Assembly (NCBI GenBank): GCA_039091855.1
Contig: JAWCLA010000005.1
Coordinates: 3,361-29,312, forward strand
Direction: 5' to 3'
Length of the DNA stretch: 25,952 nucleotides
Source of the DNA: Candidatus Aenigmatarchaeota archaeon
GTDB taxonomy: Archaea > Aenigmatarchaeota > Aenigmatarchaeia > QMZP01
Position numbers and translations under genes: made by a program. The notes beneath the pieces are model-generated. The model was not told the origin of the DNA, did no database searches, and saw nothing but the letters and a program-made list of their open reading frames with translations. Positions within the stretch are counted from its first letter, which is position 1. Each line of letters begins with the position of its first letter. Positions 7,982-15,553 of the stretch are shown here, in pieces.

Positions 7982-8128
7982 TTTCGCCTCCTGACAATTC
8001 AATCTCAACGACTTGACGGGGAAGGTGTCTCCTGACACCTTCAGGCAAGGTTTCGCCTCCTGACAATTCAATCTCAACGACTTGACGGGGAAGGTGAGTC
8101 ACAGACTGATATAAAGTCTGTCACCTTC
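7982..8128 (-). repeat. Tandem pair of a structured leader element (46-bp perfect direct repeat plus variable hairpin)
   Basis: + strand TTTCGCCTCCTGACAATTCAATCTCAACGACTTGACGGGGAAGGTG at 7982-8027 and 8051-8096. Each copy continues into a GAAGG...CCTTC hairpin, ending at 8042 and 8128. Confidence 0.95.
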
Positions 8129-8206
8129 AGCCTGTTTGTCCCCGTTATAGCTTTGGCTGGATGTAGTAAAGCCTAAAAAAACAAACGGGGAGAGGGTGGG
8201 AAAGGC

Positions 8207-8276
8207 AAACTACCACTTGGTCATAATAACACAAGCACTTGTGCCTTATCCCACGCTCCAACACAACATCTTGTAG
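8207..8276. promoter_or_regulatory. Tandem NrdR-box-like operators
   Basis: ACACAACATCTTGTAG (8261-8276) fits the NrdR box consensus acaCwAtATaTwGtgt. Weaker boxes are ACACAAGCACTTGTGC (8229-8244) and AAACTACCACTTGGTC (8207-8222). Offsets are 32 and 22 bp. Confidence 0.75.
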
Positions 8277-8295
8277 TAAACTATTTTACTTAAGG

Positions 8296-8303
8296 TATTT
8301 AAA
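8296..8303 (-). promoter_or_regulatory. TATA box of nrdR-nrdD-nrdG
   Basis: TTTAAATA on the minus strand. The expected start site near 8272 falls inside the best NrdR box. Confidence 0.6.
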
Positions 8304-8330
8304 TAAATTTGGATTGTTGAAAAGATATTT

Positions 8331-9254
8331 CTAAAAATCTCCTTTGTTGTGAAGATTTTTTCGTTTTTGACTTTCAACTTTCTCCCAGAATTTCACAACG
8401 CTTTCCCATTCTGTTATCGAAACAGGCCTGTTTATATCAGGAAATCTCGAAGCCCTCCAGCAAGGCCTGTATTGAGATAGTATATTCACATAGGTATTCT
8501 TTCCGATTTCCTGCGCTATCCAACTGAGTACAGGTTTTGCATCGCATTCTATATGGCCAGGCATCACCAAAACCCTTATCATCAAGTCGCTGTCCTTCTT
8601 CGCAGCCAGATGGTTCCTCTTTGCCGCCTCTGGATAGTTTTGAGTTTGGCTGAGTCTCCTTCCGCACTCTTCTTTGAAATACCTGAAATCAAGCAGGTAG
8701 ACATCAACTATTCCCCTAAGAAGTTCTGCTGTCTTCTCAGAATAGTAGGCATTGGAATTGAAAACAATTGGAATGTTCCCCTCTGCCTTTTCCAACACCT
8801 TCAAAATGAAGGGGACATAGGGAGTCGGGTCTCCACCGACAAAATTTATGTTTTTACATACAGGAGCCATGCTCTCAATCCATTCTGCAACCCTTTCGAT
8901 GGTCCAACTTTCTCCCACCTGATAGAAAATGCTCGCAGGAGCGTTTTGGCAGTAGCAGCAACGCATTGTACATCCAGATTCAAAAAGCGTTGCCGAGGGT
9001 ATAAGCTCCTCTTCCTCTCCCCAATGCGTATGCGCTCCAAAAATCTTCCACTCCTTTCCGACGCCACAGAATCCAATCTCGCCTTCCAGCCTGTTAACCC
9101 CACACTTCCTCTCGCACAACTCACATTTTTCAAGGATTTTCCAAGCTTCCTTTATTTTCTTTTGAAGCAGGCCTGTTTCCTTGGCAATATGGAATCTGGG
9201 CTTCTCCTTTCCTTCCAGAATCCGCTTGTAGTGTGGAAGCAAATGCAATTTCAT
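8331..9254 (-). CDS. PflX-like radical SAM Fe-S protein
   Basis: CELCERKCGVNR...G.CG, HWGEE, CTMRCCYCQN, NINFVGGDPT, DVYLLDFRY, RVLVMPGHIEC, QYRP. Confidence 0.88.
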   Translation of the reverse strand: MKLHLLPHYKRILEGKEKPRFHIAKETGLLQKKIKEAWKILEKCELCERKCGVNRLEGEIGFCGVGKEWKIFGAHTHWGEEEELIPSATLFESGCTMRCCYCQNAPASIFYQVGESWTIERVAEWIESMAPVCKNINFVGGDPTPYVPFILKVLEKAEGNIPIVFNSNAYYSEKTAELLRGIVDVYLLDFRYFKEECGRRLSQTQNYPEAAKRNHLAAKKDSDLMIRVLVMPGHIECDAKPVLSWIAQEIGKNTYVNILSQYRPCWRASRFPDINRPVSITEWESVVKFWEKVESQKRKNLHNKGDF

Positions 9255-9319
9255 AAGAAAGAATTAACCAATGGAGTTTATATGGGATAACACCCACTTA
9301 TTTATATTTTTATTGAGAG

Positions 9320-9555
9320 TAACTTCATTAAGGAGTTTTTGAATCTCGCATCTGATTTTTGCAAGCTGGTCTTCCACAGCCACAATCTAAAGGTCATGCA
9401 CATACAGCAGGCGACCAATCCCTGTGCAGTCAGGTGCAAATCCTTTATTGACAACTGAAAAGGATGAAACAAGAGACAGGAACGCAATCAGGGTTAGAAT
9501 TGCAGAAACATAATTCTTGATTTTGTGTGCATACGCTTGCAAAATTATTAACCTC
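9320..9555 (-). pseudogene. Multiply frameshifted remnant of a small Cys-rich (probably lipid-anchored) protein
   Basis: Fragments across three frames join collinearly: FASVCTQNQELCFCNSNPDCVPVSC / HP / VNKGFAPDCTGI / VACCMC / LDCGCGRPACKN / RCEIQK. Confidence 0.6.
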
Positions 9556-9558
9556 GTT

Positions 9559-11049
9559 TCAAACCCTACTGAACAAATGCTCCCCCTTCCTTGGTTTTCC
9601 CTCAAACCTCTTTCTGAATTTCAAGTCCCTAAACGTGCCTGCCTTAACACCAAGTTGAGCGTTCAGCCTTTCAGAAGTTTCTGGCATGAAGGGACTTATC
9701 AGGATTGATATAACCCTGAGCGACTCCAAAAGATTATAAACAACGCTCTCCAGCTCCTTGCCTTTCAGCTTCCAGGGCTCCTTCTCATTTATGTATTTGT
9801 TAACTGCCCTAATGAAATCAAAAATCCCAGTCACGGCGTGATGAAGCTCTACATTATCTACATACTTCTCAATTTTTTTGAAATCAAGGTTTCTTGAAAG
9901 CTCGTCCTTTCCCTCAAACTTGTCCAGTCCTGATTTCTCCGCTAACGTGAGCACCCTGCTCGCAAGGTTTCCCAAATCAGAAACAAGCTCACCGTTTATC
10001 CTCTGGACTAAAGCCTTCTCGGAGAAATCACCGTCATCCCCCAGAGGAATCTCCCTGACAAGGAAATATCGCACTGTATCCACCGGGTATTTCTCCATAA
10101 GCTTCATAGGATCAACGACGTTCCCTTTGCTCTTGCTCATCTTCTCCCCGTCTATAGTGAGCCAGCCGTGGGCGAAGACCTTTTTCGGAAGGGGGAGCCT
10201 GCAGGACATAAGGATGGCTGGCCATATCACGGAATGAAACCAAAGGATTTCCTTTGCCATAAGATGGATGTCTGCCGGCCAAAGCTTCCTGAAATTCTCG
10301 CCAGGATAGCCTATGCCACTCAAATAATTTGTTAAAGCGTCCACCCAAACGTAAATAACGTGTTTTGGATCTCCTGGATATGGAATTCCCCACCTGACAG
10401 TTTCCCTCGTTATGCTCAAATCCCTTAATCCAGCCTGCACCCTGTTTATTATTTCCTGCCTTCTGTTTTTGGGAGAGATGAATTCTGGGTTCTTTTTGTA
10501 AAAATCCAGAAGTTCAGACTGGTATTTGCTCAGCCTGAAGAAGTATGACTCCTCCTTAACCTTCTCCACTTCCCTCCCGCATTCAGGGCATTTGCCATTG
10601 ACGAGCTGAGTTTCTGTCCAGAAGCTCTCGTCTGGTGTGCAGTACCATCCCTCGTACTCTCCCTTGTAGATGTCCCCTGCTTTCTGCATAAGCTTTACTA
10701 TCTCAACAACAACTCTTCTGTGCCTCTCCTCTGTGGTTCGTATGAAATCGTCATTGGATATGTTCAGTTTCTTCCACAACTCCTGAAACCTCTTTACGAC
10801 AGAGTCAGCAAACTCCTTTGGCTCCTTTCCTGCATTCCTTGCCGCTGTCTCAATCTTCTTCCCGTTCTCGTCAGTCCCTGTGAGAAAGAAAACATCCTCC
10901 CCCTTCAGCCTGTGCCACCTCGCCAAAACATCAGCAACGATGGTAGTGTAGGCGTGCCCTATGTGTGGGATGTCATTGACATAGTATATTGGGGTGGTGA
11001 TGTAGAACTTTTTGTCAGGCTTTGGCTTTTTAACAGTCTTTTTATTCAA
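9559..11049 (-). CDS. metG: Methionyl-tRNA synthetase (short form, no C-terminal dimerisation domain)
   Basis: FYITTPIYYVN..PHIGH, GTDENG, FIRTT, CTPDE...CPEC knuckle, YVWVDAL, KMSKS. Start set at TTG 11049 after RBS GAGGTG. The track start at 11079 overlaps the upstream gene. Confidence 0.95.
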   Translation of the reverse strand: MNKKTVKKPKPDKKFYITTPIYYVNDIPHIGHAYTTIVADVLARWHRLKGEDVFFLTGTDENGKKIETAARNAGKEPKEFADSVVKRFQELWKKLNISNDDFIRTTEERHRRVVVEIVKLMQKAGDIYKGEYEGWYCTPDESFWTETQLVNGKCPECGREVEKVKEESYFFRLSKYQSELLDFYKKNPEFISPKNRRQEIINRVQAGLRDLSITRETVRWGIPYPGDPKHVIYVWVDALTNYLSGIGYPGENFRKLWPADIHLMAKEILWFHSVIWPAILMSCRLPLPKKVFAHGWLTIDGEKMSKSKGNVVDPMKLMEKYPVDTVRYFLVREIPLGDDGDFSEKALVQRINGELVSDLGNLASRVLTLAEKSGLDKFEGKDELSRNLDFKKIEKYVDNVELHHAVTGIFDFIRAVNKYINEKEPWKLKGKELESVVYNLLESLRVISILISPFMPETSERLNAQLGVKAGTFRDLKFRKRFEGKPRKGEHLFSRV

Positions 11050-11059
11050 TTTAACACCT

Positions 11060-11701
11060 CTAAGAAATTGTGGAAACATTGCAATTTATGTTTTCGCATA
11101 TAATATTTTCAATTTCATTTTCGCTCATTTTTCCATAGAGTCTATGATTTATTATCATTGCTGGAACGGATTTTACTTCATAAGCATCCTTAACTAGCCT
11201 TATTGCCGGTTCATCAAGGTAAAAGTCAATGGCATAGACCATAACTCCCTGGTATCTGCTCTTCATGTCCTGCAGAATTGAATCCTGGTCATCGCATTCA
11301 GGGCAGTTTCCAGAATATATGTAAAGTATGGGGAATATTTCTGAGGTGCATCTCTCCCTTATGCTCTTAGCCACCATCCATGCCTTCAACGAAAGAAAAT
11401 CTGCCTCTCTCTTTAACTCATAGAATTGGGGGTTGTTAGGACTTGTTGATTTAAGTTGGTTTACCATATCATAAAGATTATATGAAAGGCTGCCCATAGT
11501 GGAATACATGAGCTTGCAGTCTACTTTCTCCCCTGCTATGAACATCTCCTGCAGCTGCATATTCTCCACCTCGTTCCTGAGCCGATCTATCTCGCTTTTT
11601 GTGTAAACCATACCCGTCCTTTCAGAGAAGTAGCCAATAACGAAACCTGCCCCAAAAACGAGAACAAACATAATCAAAAGGAATGGGAAGGGATTTTTCA
11701 T
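11060..11701 (-). CDS. Membrane-anchored protein with C-terminal thioredoxin-like fold
   Basis: N-terminal hydrophobic helix, helical linker, then ILYIYSGNCPEC (CxxC) and YEVKSVPAMIIN (cis-Pro loop). Confidence 0.7.
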   Translation of the reverse strand: MKNPFPFLLIMFVLVFGAGFVIGYFSERTGMVYTKSEIDRLRNEVENMQLQEMFIAGEKVDCKLMYSTMGSLSYNLYDMVNQLKSTSPNNPQFYELKREADFLSLKAWMVAKSIRERCTSEIFPILYIYSGNCPECDDQDSILQDMKSRYQGVMVYAIDFYLDEPAIRLVKDAYEVKSVPAMIINHRLYGKMSENEIENIICENINCNVSTIS

Positions 11702-11750
11702 AATATCGTTTATATTATAAATACTTAATTAATATTAACTTGGTGCTAAT

Positions 11751-13037
11751 ATGGACTGGGTGGTTTTCGGGAAAATGATGTTTTATGTGTGCATAACACC
11801 TCTTATAATCTATTCCCTCAAGTTCTATGCTTTGGCAATATCCAGCATTTTCTACAAATATAAATGTCCATGGAAGGATTCAAAAAAGCCCCTTCCGAAG
11901 GTATCAGTTCACATTCCTGTCTACAATGACCCTGTTGTGGTCGAGTGCGTCAAAAGGTGCCTGAAATTTAACTATCCAAAAAGCAAGTATGAAATAATAG
12001 TGATAGATGACAGTACGGATGGGGAAACCTCAAAACTGCTAAAGGATCTAAAAAAGCGAAACAGGGGGTTCAAGATTTTGAGAAGGGATTCCAGAAGGGG
12101 ATTCAAGGCAGGGGCTCTAAACGATGCCACAAAAATCTCAAAGGGAGACATAATTGTTGTATTTGACTCCGACTACAGGCCGGAAAGGAATTTCCTCAAA
12201 AAGGTAGTCCAGCCGTTCCTGCAGAGCAAAAAAATCGCCTTCGTCCAGACAAGGTGGGACTACATTAACCCCAAAACAAACAGGATTTCCCGCCTAGCGA
12301 TGACATCTTATTCTGCCTTCCACCAGTGTTCTATGCCCATAAAGGAAAAAATAGGCACTGCCATATTCTGCGGGACTGGGGGGGCAATAAGGAAGGACGT
12401 CCTTATAGAGGCTGGCGGATGGAACGAGAAAAACATAGGGGAGGACATAGACCTAACTGTAAGAATTCTGAAGAAGGGTTACAGGCAGGCTTACCTTCCT
12501 TATGTCAAGAGCAAGGGAGAGGTTCCTGAAACAATTAAGGCTTTCGTTAAGCAGCAGCAAAGATGGGCATATGGGACAACAAAGGTTATGAAAGACTACC
12601 TTGGTGGTATAATAAAGTCATCAGATCTAACAAGAGCGCAAAAGATAGACATGATTTTCATAGTTTCAGGTTTTCTTGTTTTTCCTTTTATTTTGGGTGT
12701 GACTGTTTCAACTATGATAGTTATGTCACCTTGGTTTGGTCCTAACACAACGGGAATGCTGTTGGATATTGAAGGAATTTCTCGCTCTGTGAAGCTTGCG
12801 ATATCGGATATGTTCTCCTTGGAAGGAATAGCAATCCTCGTCTTGTCCTGTGGTTACATATTTGAGTGTGCTGTCGCAATGATAAAGACAAAGAATTACA
12901 GGAACCTCACAATATTGCCCTATATTTTTGCAGTGGGATTTATTGTTCAGGTAACCAACACGATAGCGGTTTTCAAGGCGCTTCTTGGAATAGAGCAGGG
13001 GTTTTACAGGACTCCAAAATCATCATACAGGGGATAG
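11751..13037 (+). CDS. Processive GT2 glycosyltransferase (cellulose-synthase-like)
   Basis: VSVHIPVYN, DDSTD, GFKAGALN, FDSD, VQTRW, GED, QQQRW (D,D,D,QxxRW), with N- and C-terminal TM helices. Confidence 0.9.
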   Translation: MDWVVFGKMMFYVCITPLIIYSLKFYALAISSIFYKYKCPWKDSKKPLPKVSVHIPVYNDPVVVECVKRCLKFNYPKSKYEIIVIDDSTDGETSKLLKDLKKRNRGFKILRRDSRRGFKAGALNDATKISKGDIIVVFDSDYRPERNFLKKVVQPFLQSKKIAFVQTRWDYINPKTNRISRLAMTSYSAFHQCSMPIKEKIGTAIFCGTGGAIRKDVLIEAGGWNEKNIGEDIDLTVRILKKGYRQAYLPYVKSKGEVPETIKAFVKQQQRWAYGTTKVMKDYLGGIIKSSDLTRAQKIDMIFIVSGFLVFPFILGVTVSTMIVMSPWFGPNTTGMLLDIEGISRSVKLAISDMFSLEGIAILVLSCGYIFECAVAMIKTKNYRNLTILPYIFAVGFIVQVTNTIAVFKALLGIEQGFYRTPKSSYRG

Positions 13038-13049
13038 CATCGAATCTGC

Positions 13050-13484
13050 CTAAATAAGTAAGAATACACCTGCTATTTTTCCTATTAAGTAGCCAAAAAC
13101 AACTGAAAGAGAGATTGCTCCCAGCAGCATCAAATAAAAACCTTTCCCTTTAATGTCGAAAACCCTTCCTATGAACGATCCTGTGTAGGAGCCTACGCCA
13201 GTGAGAGGAAGTGCAATGAGGAAAAACAACACAATGTTACCATATTTCTGAAACCATTTTTCTGCTCTTTTCATTGCCTTTTCTTTCCTTCTTTCCAGGA
13301 ATCTCTCAACCCTTTTGGGAAGTGATCCCTTGTCCAGTATTTTAATAAATGCCAAAACGCTCAGGAAGTTGAGAAGCACGCACAGAGGAATGTAGATAAG
13401 CTCGTTGTAATAAAAAAAGTACGAGCTTGCCCACATAGCCTCTATTCCCGGTACCATTGAAAGAAGAACCACAGACTCCTGCAT
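13050..13484 (-). CDS. Small multidrug-export family (COG2426-like) membrane protein
   Basis: SMVPGIE...KYG...LFFLIALPLTGVGSYTG pattern and hydrophobic helices. Confidence 0.7.
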   Translation of the reverse strand: MQESVVLLSMVPGIEAMWASSYFFYYNELIYIPLCVLLNFLSVLAFIKILDKGSLPKRVERFLERRKEKAMKRAEKWFQKYGNIVLFFLIALPLTGVGSYTGSFIGRVFDIKGKGFYLMLLGAISLSVVFGYLIGKIAGVFLLI

Positions 13485-13488
13485 AAAA

Positions 13489-14136
13489 TCATCCTGAAAA
13501 CTTCTGACTGATTATGTACAAGGCTAGCTTTAAGCTTTGACCCAAAGGCATGCCTGGATAGTCCATATACCTGACCCTTACAGGAACCTCAATAACTTTC
13601 ATTCCTTTCCTTTTCGCCTTTATCAGCATTTCAGTTTCAAATTCGTATCTGTTCTTTTCCAAACCAAGACTTTCAAAAGAACTCTTTCTAACTGCCCTGA
13701 AACCGCACAGTACATCCCTGTATTTCGATTTTGTTATCGAGTTCACGAGGGCTCTCGCAAACCAGTTTGAAAGCCTCCTCTGGAATGGAACATCCTTCAT
13801 ATTCCTTGTTCCTATTACTATATCATATTCATCAAGCTTTTCAACAAGCTTAGGTATCTCCTCTGGGTAAAACTGCCCGTCAGCGTCAATAAAAATTATT
13901 TTATCGGTTTTTGCCTTTTCAACCCCAAAACGGCAGGCAAAACCCTTGCCCATGTTCTTTTCCAACCTGTAAACCTCGCAGCCGAGTGATTTTGCAATCT
14001 CCTCCGTGTTGTCTGATGAGCCGTCGTCTATAACTATTATTTTATAATCCCTTGAAACCCCTGATATCTTTCTTATCACTTCACCTATCTTTTTTGCCTC
14101 GTTCTTTGCTGGTATGAGAATCGTGACGTCTTTCAT
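13489..14136 (-). CDS. GT2 glycosyltransferase, dolichol-phosphate glycosyltransferase-like
   Basis: Start likely MKDVTILIPAKNE (14136). IDDGSSD, NMGKG, IDADGQ, DVLCGFRA, FETEML. Confidence 0.9.
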   Translation of the reverse strand: MKDVTILIPAKNEAKKIGEVIRKISGVSRDYKIIVIDDGSSDNTEEIAKSLGCEVYRLEKNMGKGFACRFGVEKAKTDKIIFIDADGQFYPEEIPKLVEKLDEYDIVIGTRNMKDVPFQRRLSNWFARALVNSITKSKYRDVLCGFRAVRKSSFESLGLEKNRYEFETEMLIKAKRKGMKVIEVPVRVRYMDYPGMPLGQSLKLALYIISQKFSG

Positions 14137-14179
14137 ACCAATTCTATAACTTATAATTTTATAATACAAGATATTGGAT

Positions 14180-15553
14180 ATGCAAGTGAAAAGCAATAAA
14201 AGTCATTTGATTGCAGCTTTCTTTGTGGGTTTTGTTGTTTCAATCTCTCCTCTCTTGATAAGGTGGGGTGTTGGAATTCCTGGAATAATCGGCTTCCCTA
14301 CCTACTATCACCAAAGAATTGCTGGGTACATAGTTGAGGGAAGCTTCAATTGGTATGACCCGCTCAGTTTTGGGGGCAGGAATTACACATATCCGCCTTT
14401 GTTTTCATATATGCTTGCAGGATTCGCTCTTCCATTCGGGCTCGAAATTGGCGGAGTCATAATGATGGGCCTGTTGGGAGGTCTCACAGCAGTCATATGT
14501 TTCCTGATAGCAATAGAATTGATAGGAAAAAACAAGTGCAAATTGTTCATTGCTGTACTTCTTTCCTCGCCCGCATTCATATTTCTTTTCTCCCACCTTT
14601 CCACGCGTTCGCCTCCAATTCTTTTGGGGCTTCTTGGAATATACCTAACTATCAAGAAAAAGGCCTGGTGGGTTGTTTCGCTTCCCCTTTTCCTTTCCTT
14701 CGTTTTTCACCCTGAAACAGGCTTGTTTTTTTCCTTCCTTTGCTTTATTGCAACCAAAAATTATCTGAACAGCCTGAAAATGGTTTTGTTGGCAATTCTG
14801 GCTGCCGGGATTTTCTGCTTGCCATTCTTCTTAGCTTATGGCCTTCCACAACCAAACGCCATACACGAGGATTATGCATATAGAGGATATGGATTGGAAT
14901 CATTCAACATTCGCTTTTTTGCCTGGGAAACAGGGGAAAACTATGATAATGTTGCTCTCCTTGTTTTGATTTTTTCTCTTGCAGGATTTTACTTTACGAA
15001 AAACCGCTTTACGAGAATATGGCTGGTCGTCTCACTAATTGTTGCACTTGCTTCCACAAGACTGCTTTTATACCTAGTTTTTCCTGCCACAATTCTTGCT
15101 ACAACAGGGATTTACAAAATATCAGAGAAAAAGAAATATAGAAAATTTCTGCTCGGAAGCTTCCTTGTTTATTCTGTGGTTATTGGGGTGTGGTCTGCAT
15201 TTGCCTTCGGTACATCTTACCCAACCAAGAGCCAGACAGAAGCCATGCTCTGGATAAAGCAAAACACACCTGAAAACGTGACTGTTATAGCCGACTGGGC
15301 GCACGGGCACTGGATAACGGGAATCGCCTACCGCAAGACATTTGTGGACGGATATGCCGAGTATGCCCCGCAAGCGGACAAGAGGATGGCAGAGTTAAAG
15401 GAGTTTTACAAAACCTGCAAAATTCCCGAGGGCTATGGGATAGAATACGCCTATTTTGAGGACTGGTTCATAAAGAGCCAGAACATAACCTGCCTTGACA
15501 GATTCCGGAAAGTATACGACAAGGACTGGATTTATGTTTTTAAGCTTCAGTAG
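14180..15553 (+). CDS. Multi-pass GT-C/STT3-like membrane protein
   Basis: YYH.R...YDPLSFGGRNYTYPPLF loop, many TM helices, C-terminal AMLWIKQNTPEN.TVIADWAHGHWI resembling the AglB/STT3 WWDYG region. Confidence 0.65.
   Translation: MQVKSNKSHLIAAFFVGFVVSISPLLIRWGVGIPGIIGFPTYYHQRIAGYIVEGSFNWYDPLSFGGRNYTYPPLFSYMLAGFALPFGLEIGGVIMMGLLGGLTAVICFLIAIELIGKNKCKLFIAVLLSSPAFIFLFSHLSTRSPPILLGLLGIYLTIKKKAWWVVSLPLFLSFVFHPETGLFFSFLCFIATKNYLNSLKMVLLAILAAGIFCLPFFLAYGLPQPNAIHEDYAYRGYGLESFNIRFFAWETGENYDNVALLVLIFSLAGFYFTKNRFTRIWLVVSLIVALASTRLLLYLVFPATILATTGIYKISEKKKYRKFLLGSFLVYSVVIGVWSAFAFGTSYPTKSQTEAMLWIKQNTPENVTVIADWAHGHWITGIAYRKTFVDGYAEYAPQADKRMAELKEFYKTCKIPEGYGIEYAYFEDWFIKSQNITCLDRFRKVYDKDWIYVFKLQ

Noticed and set aside
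7979-8077. 33-aa N-terminal extension of the 1628-aa ORF with repeated RLNCQEAK
   Set aside because: It is translation of the non-coding tandem element from a TTG. NrdR proteins begin at MxCPxC and an RBS precedes ATG 7978.
7982-8128. CRISPR mini-array interpretation of the 46-bp repeats
   Set aside because: Only two copies, the would-be spacers base-pair with the repeat end, and there are no cas genes in the window.
7982-8276. Cobalamin riboswitch or hammerhead ribozyme in the nrdD leader
   Set aside because: Fragments such as GUCAGGAGAC, CUGAAG and CGAAA occur. However, the B12 5' core (GGGAA..GGUG.AAUCC, CCCCCGC.ACUGU) and the CUGANGA-stem-GAAA order are absent by eye. An Rfam scan would be decisive.
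8553-9290. 245-aa plus-strand ORF and the other short overlapping ORFs in the track
   Set aside because: They are antisense or alternate-frame shadows of well-supported genes and have no motifs.
9302-9605. ORFs 9302..9487 and 9387..9605 as genes
   Set aside because: Each contains only one fragment of the frameshifted Cys-rich pseudogene.
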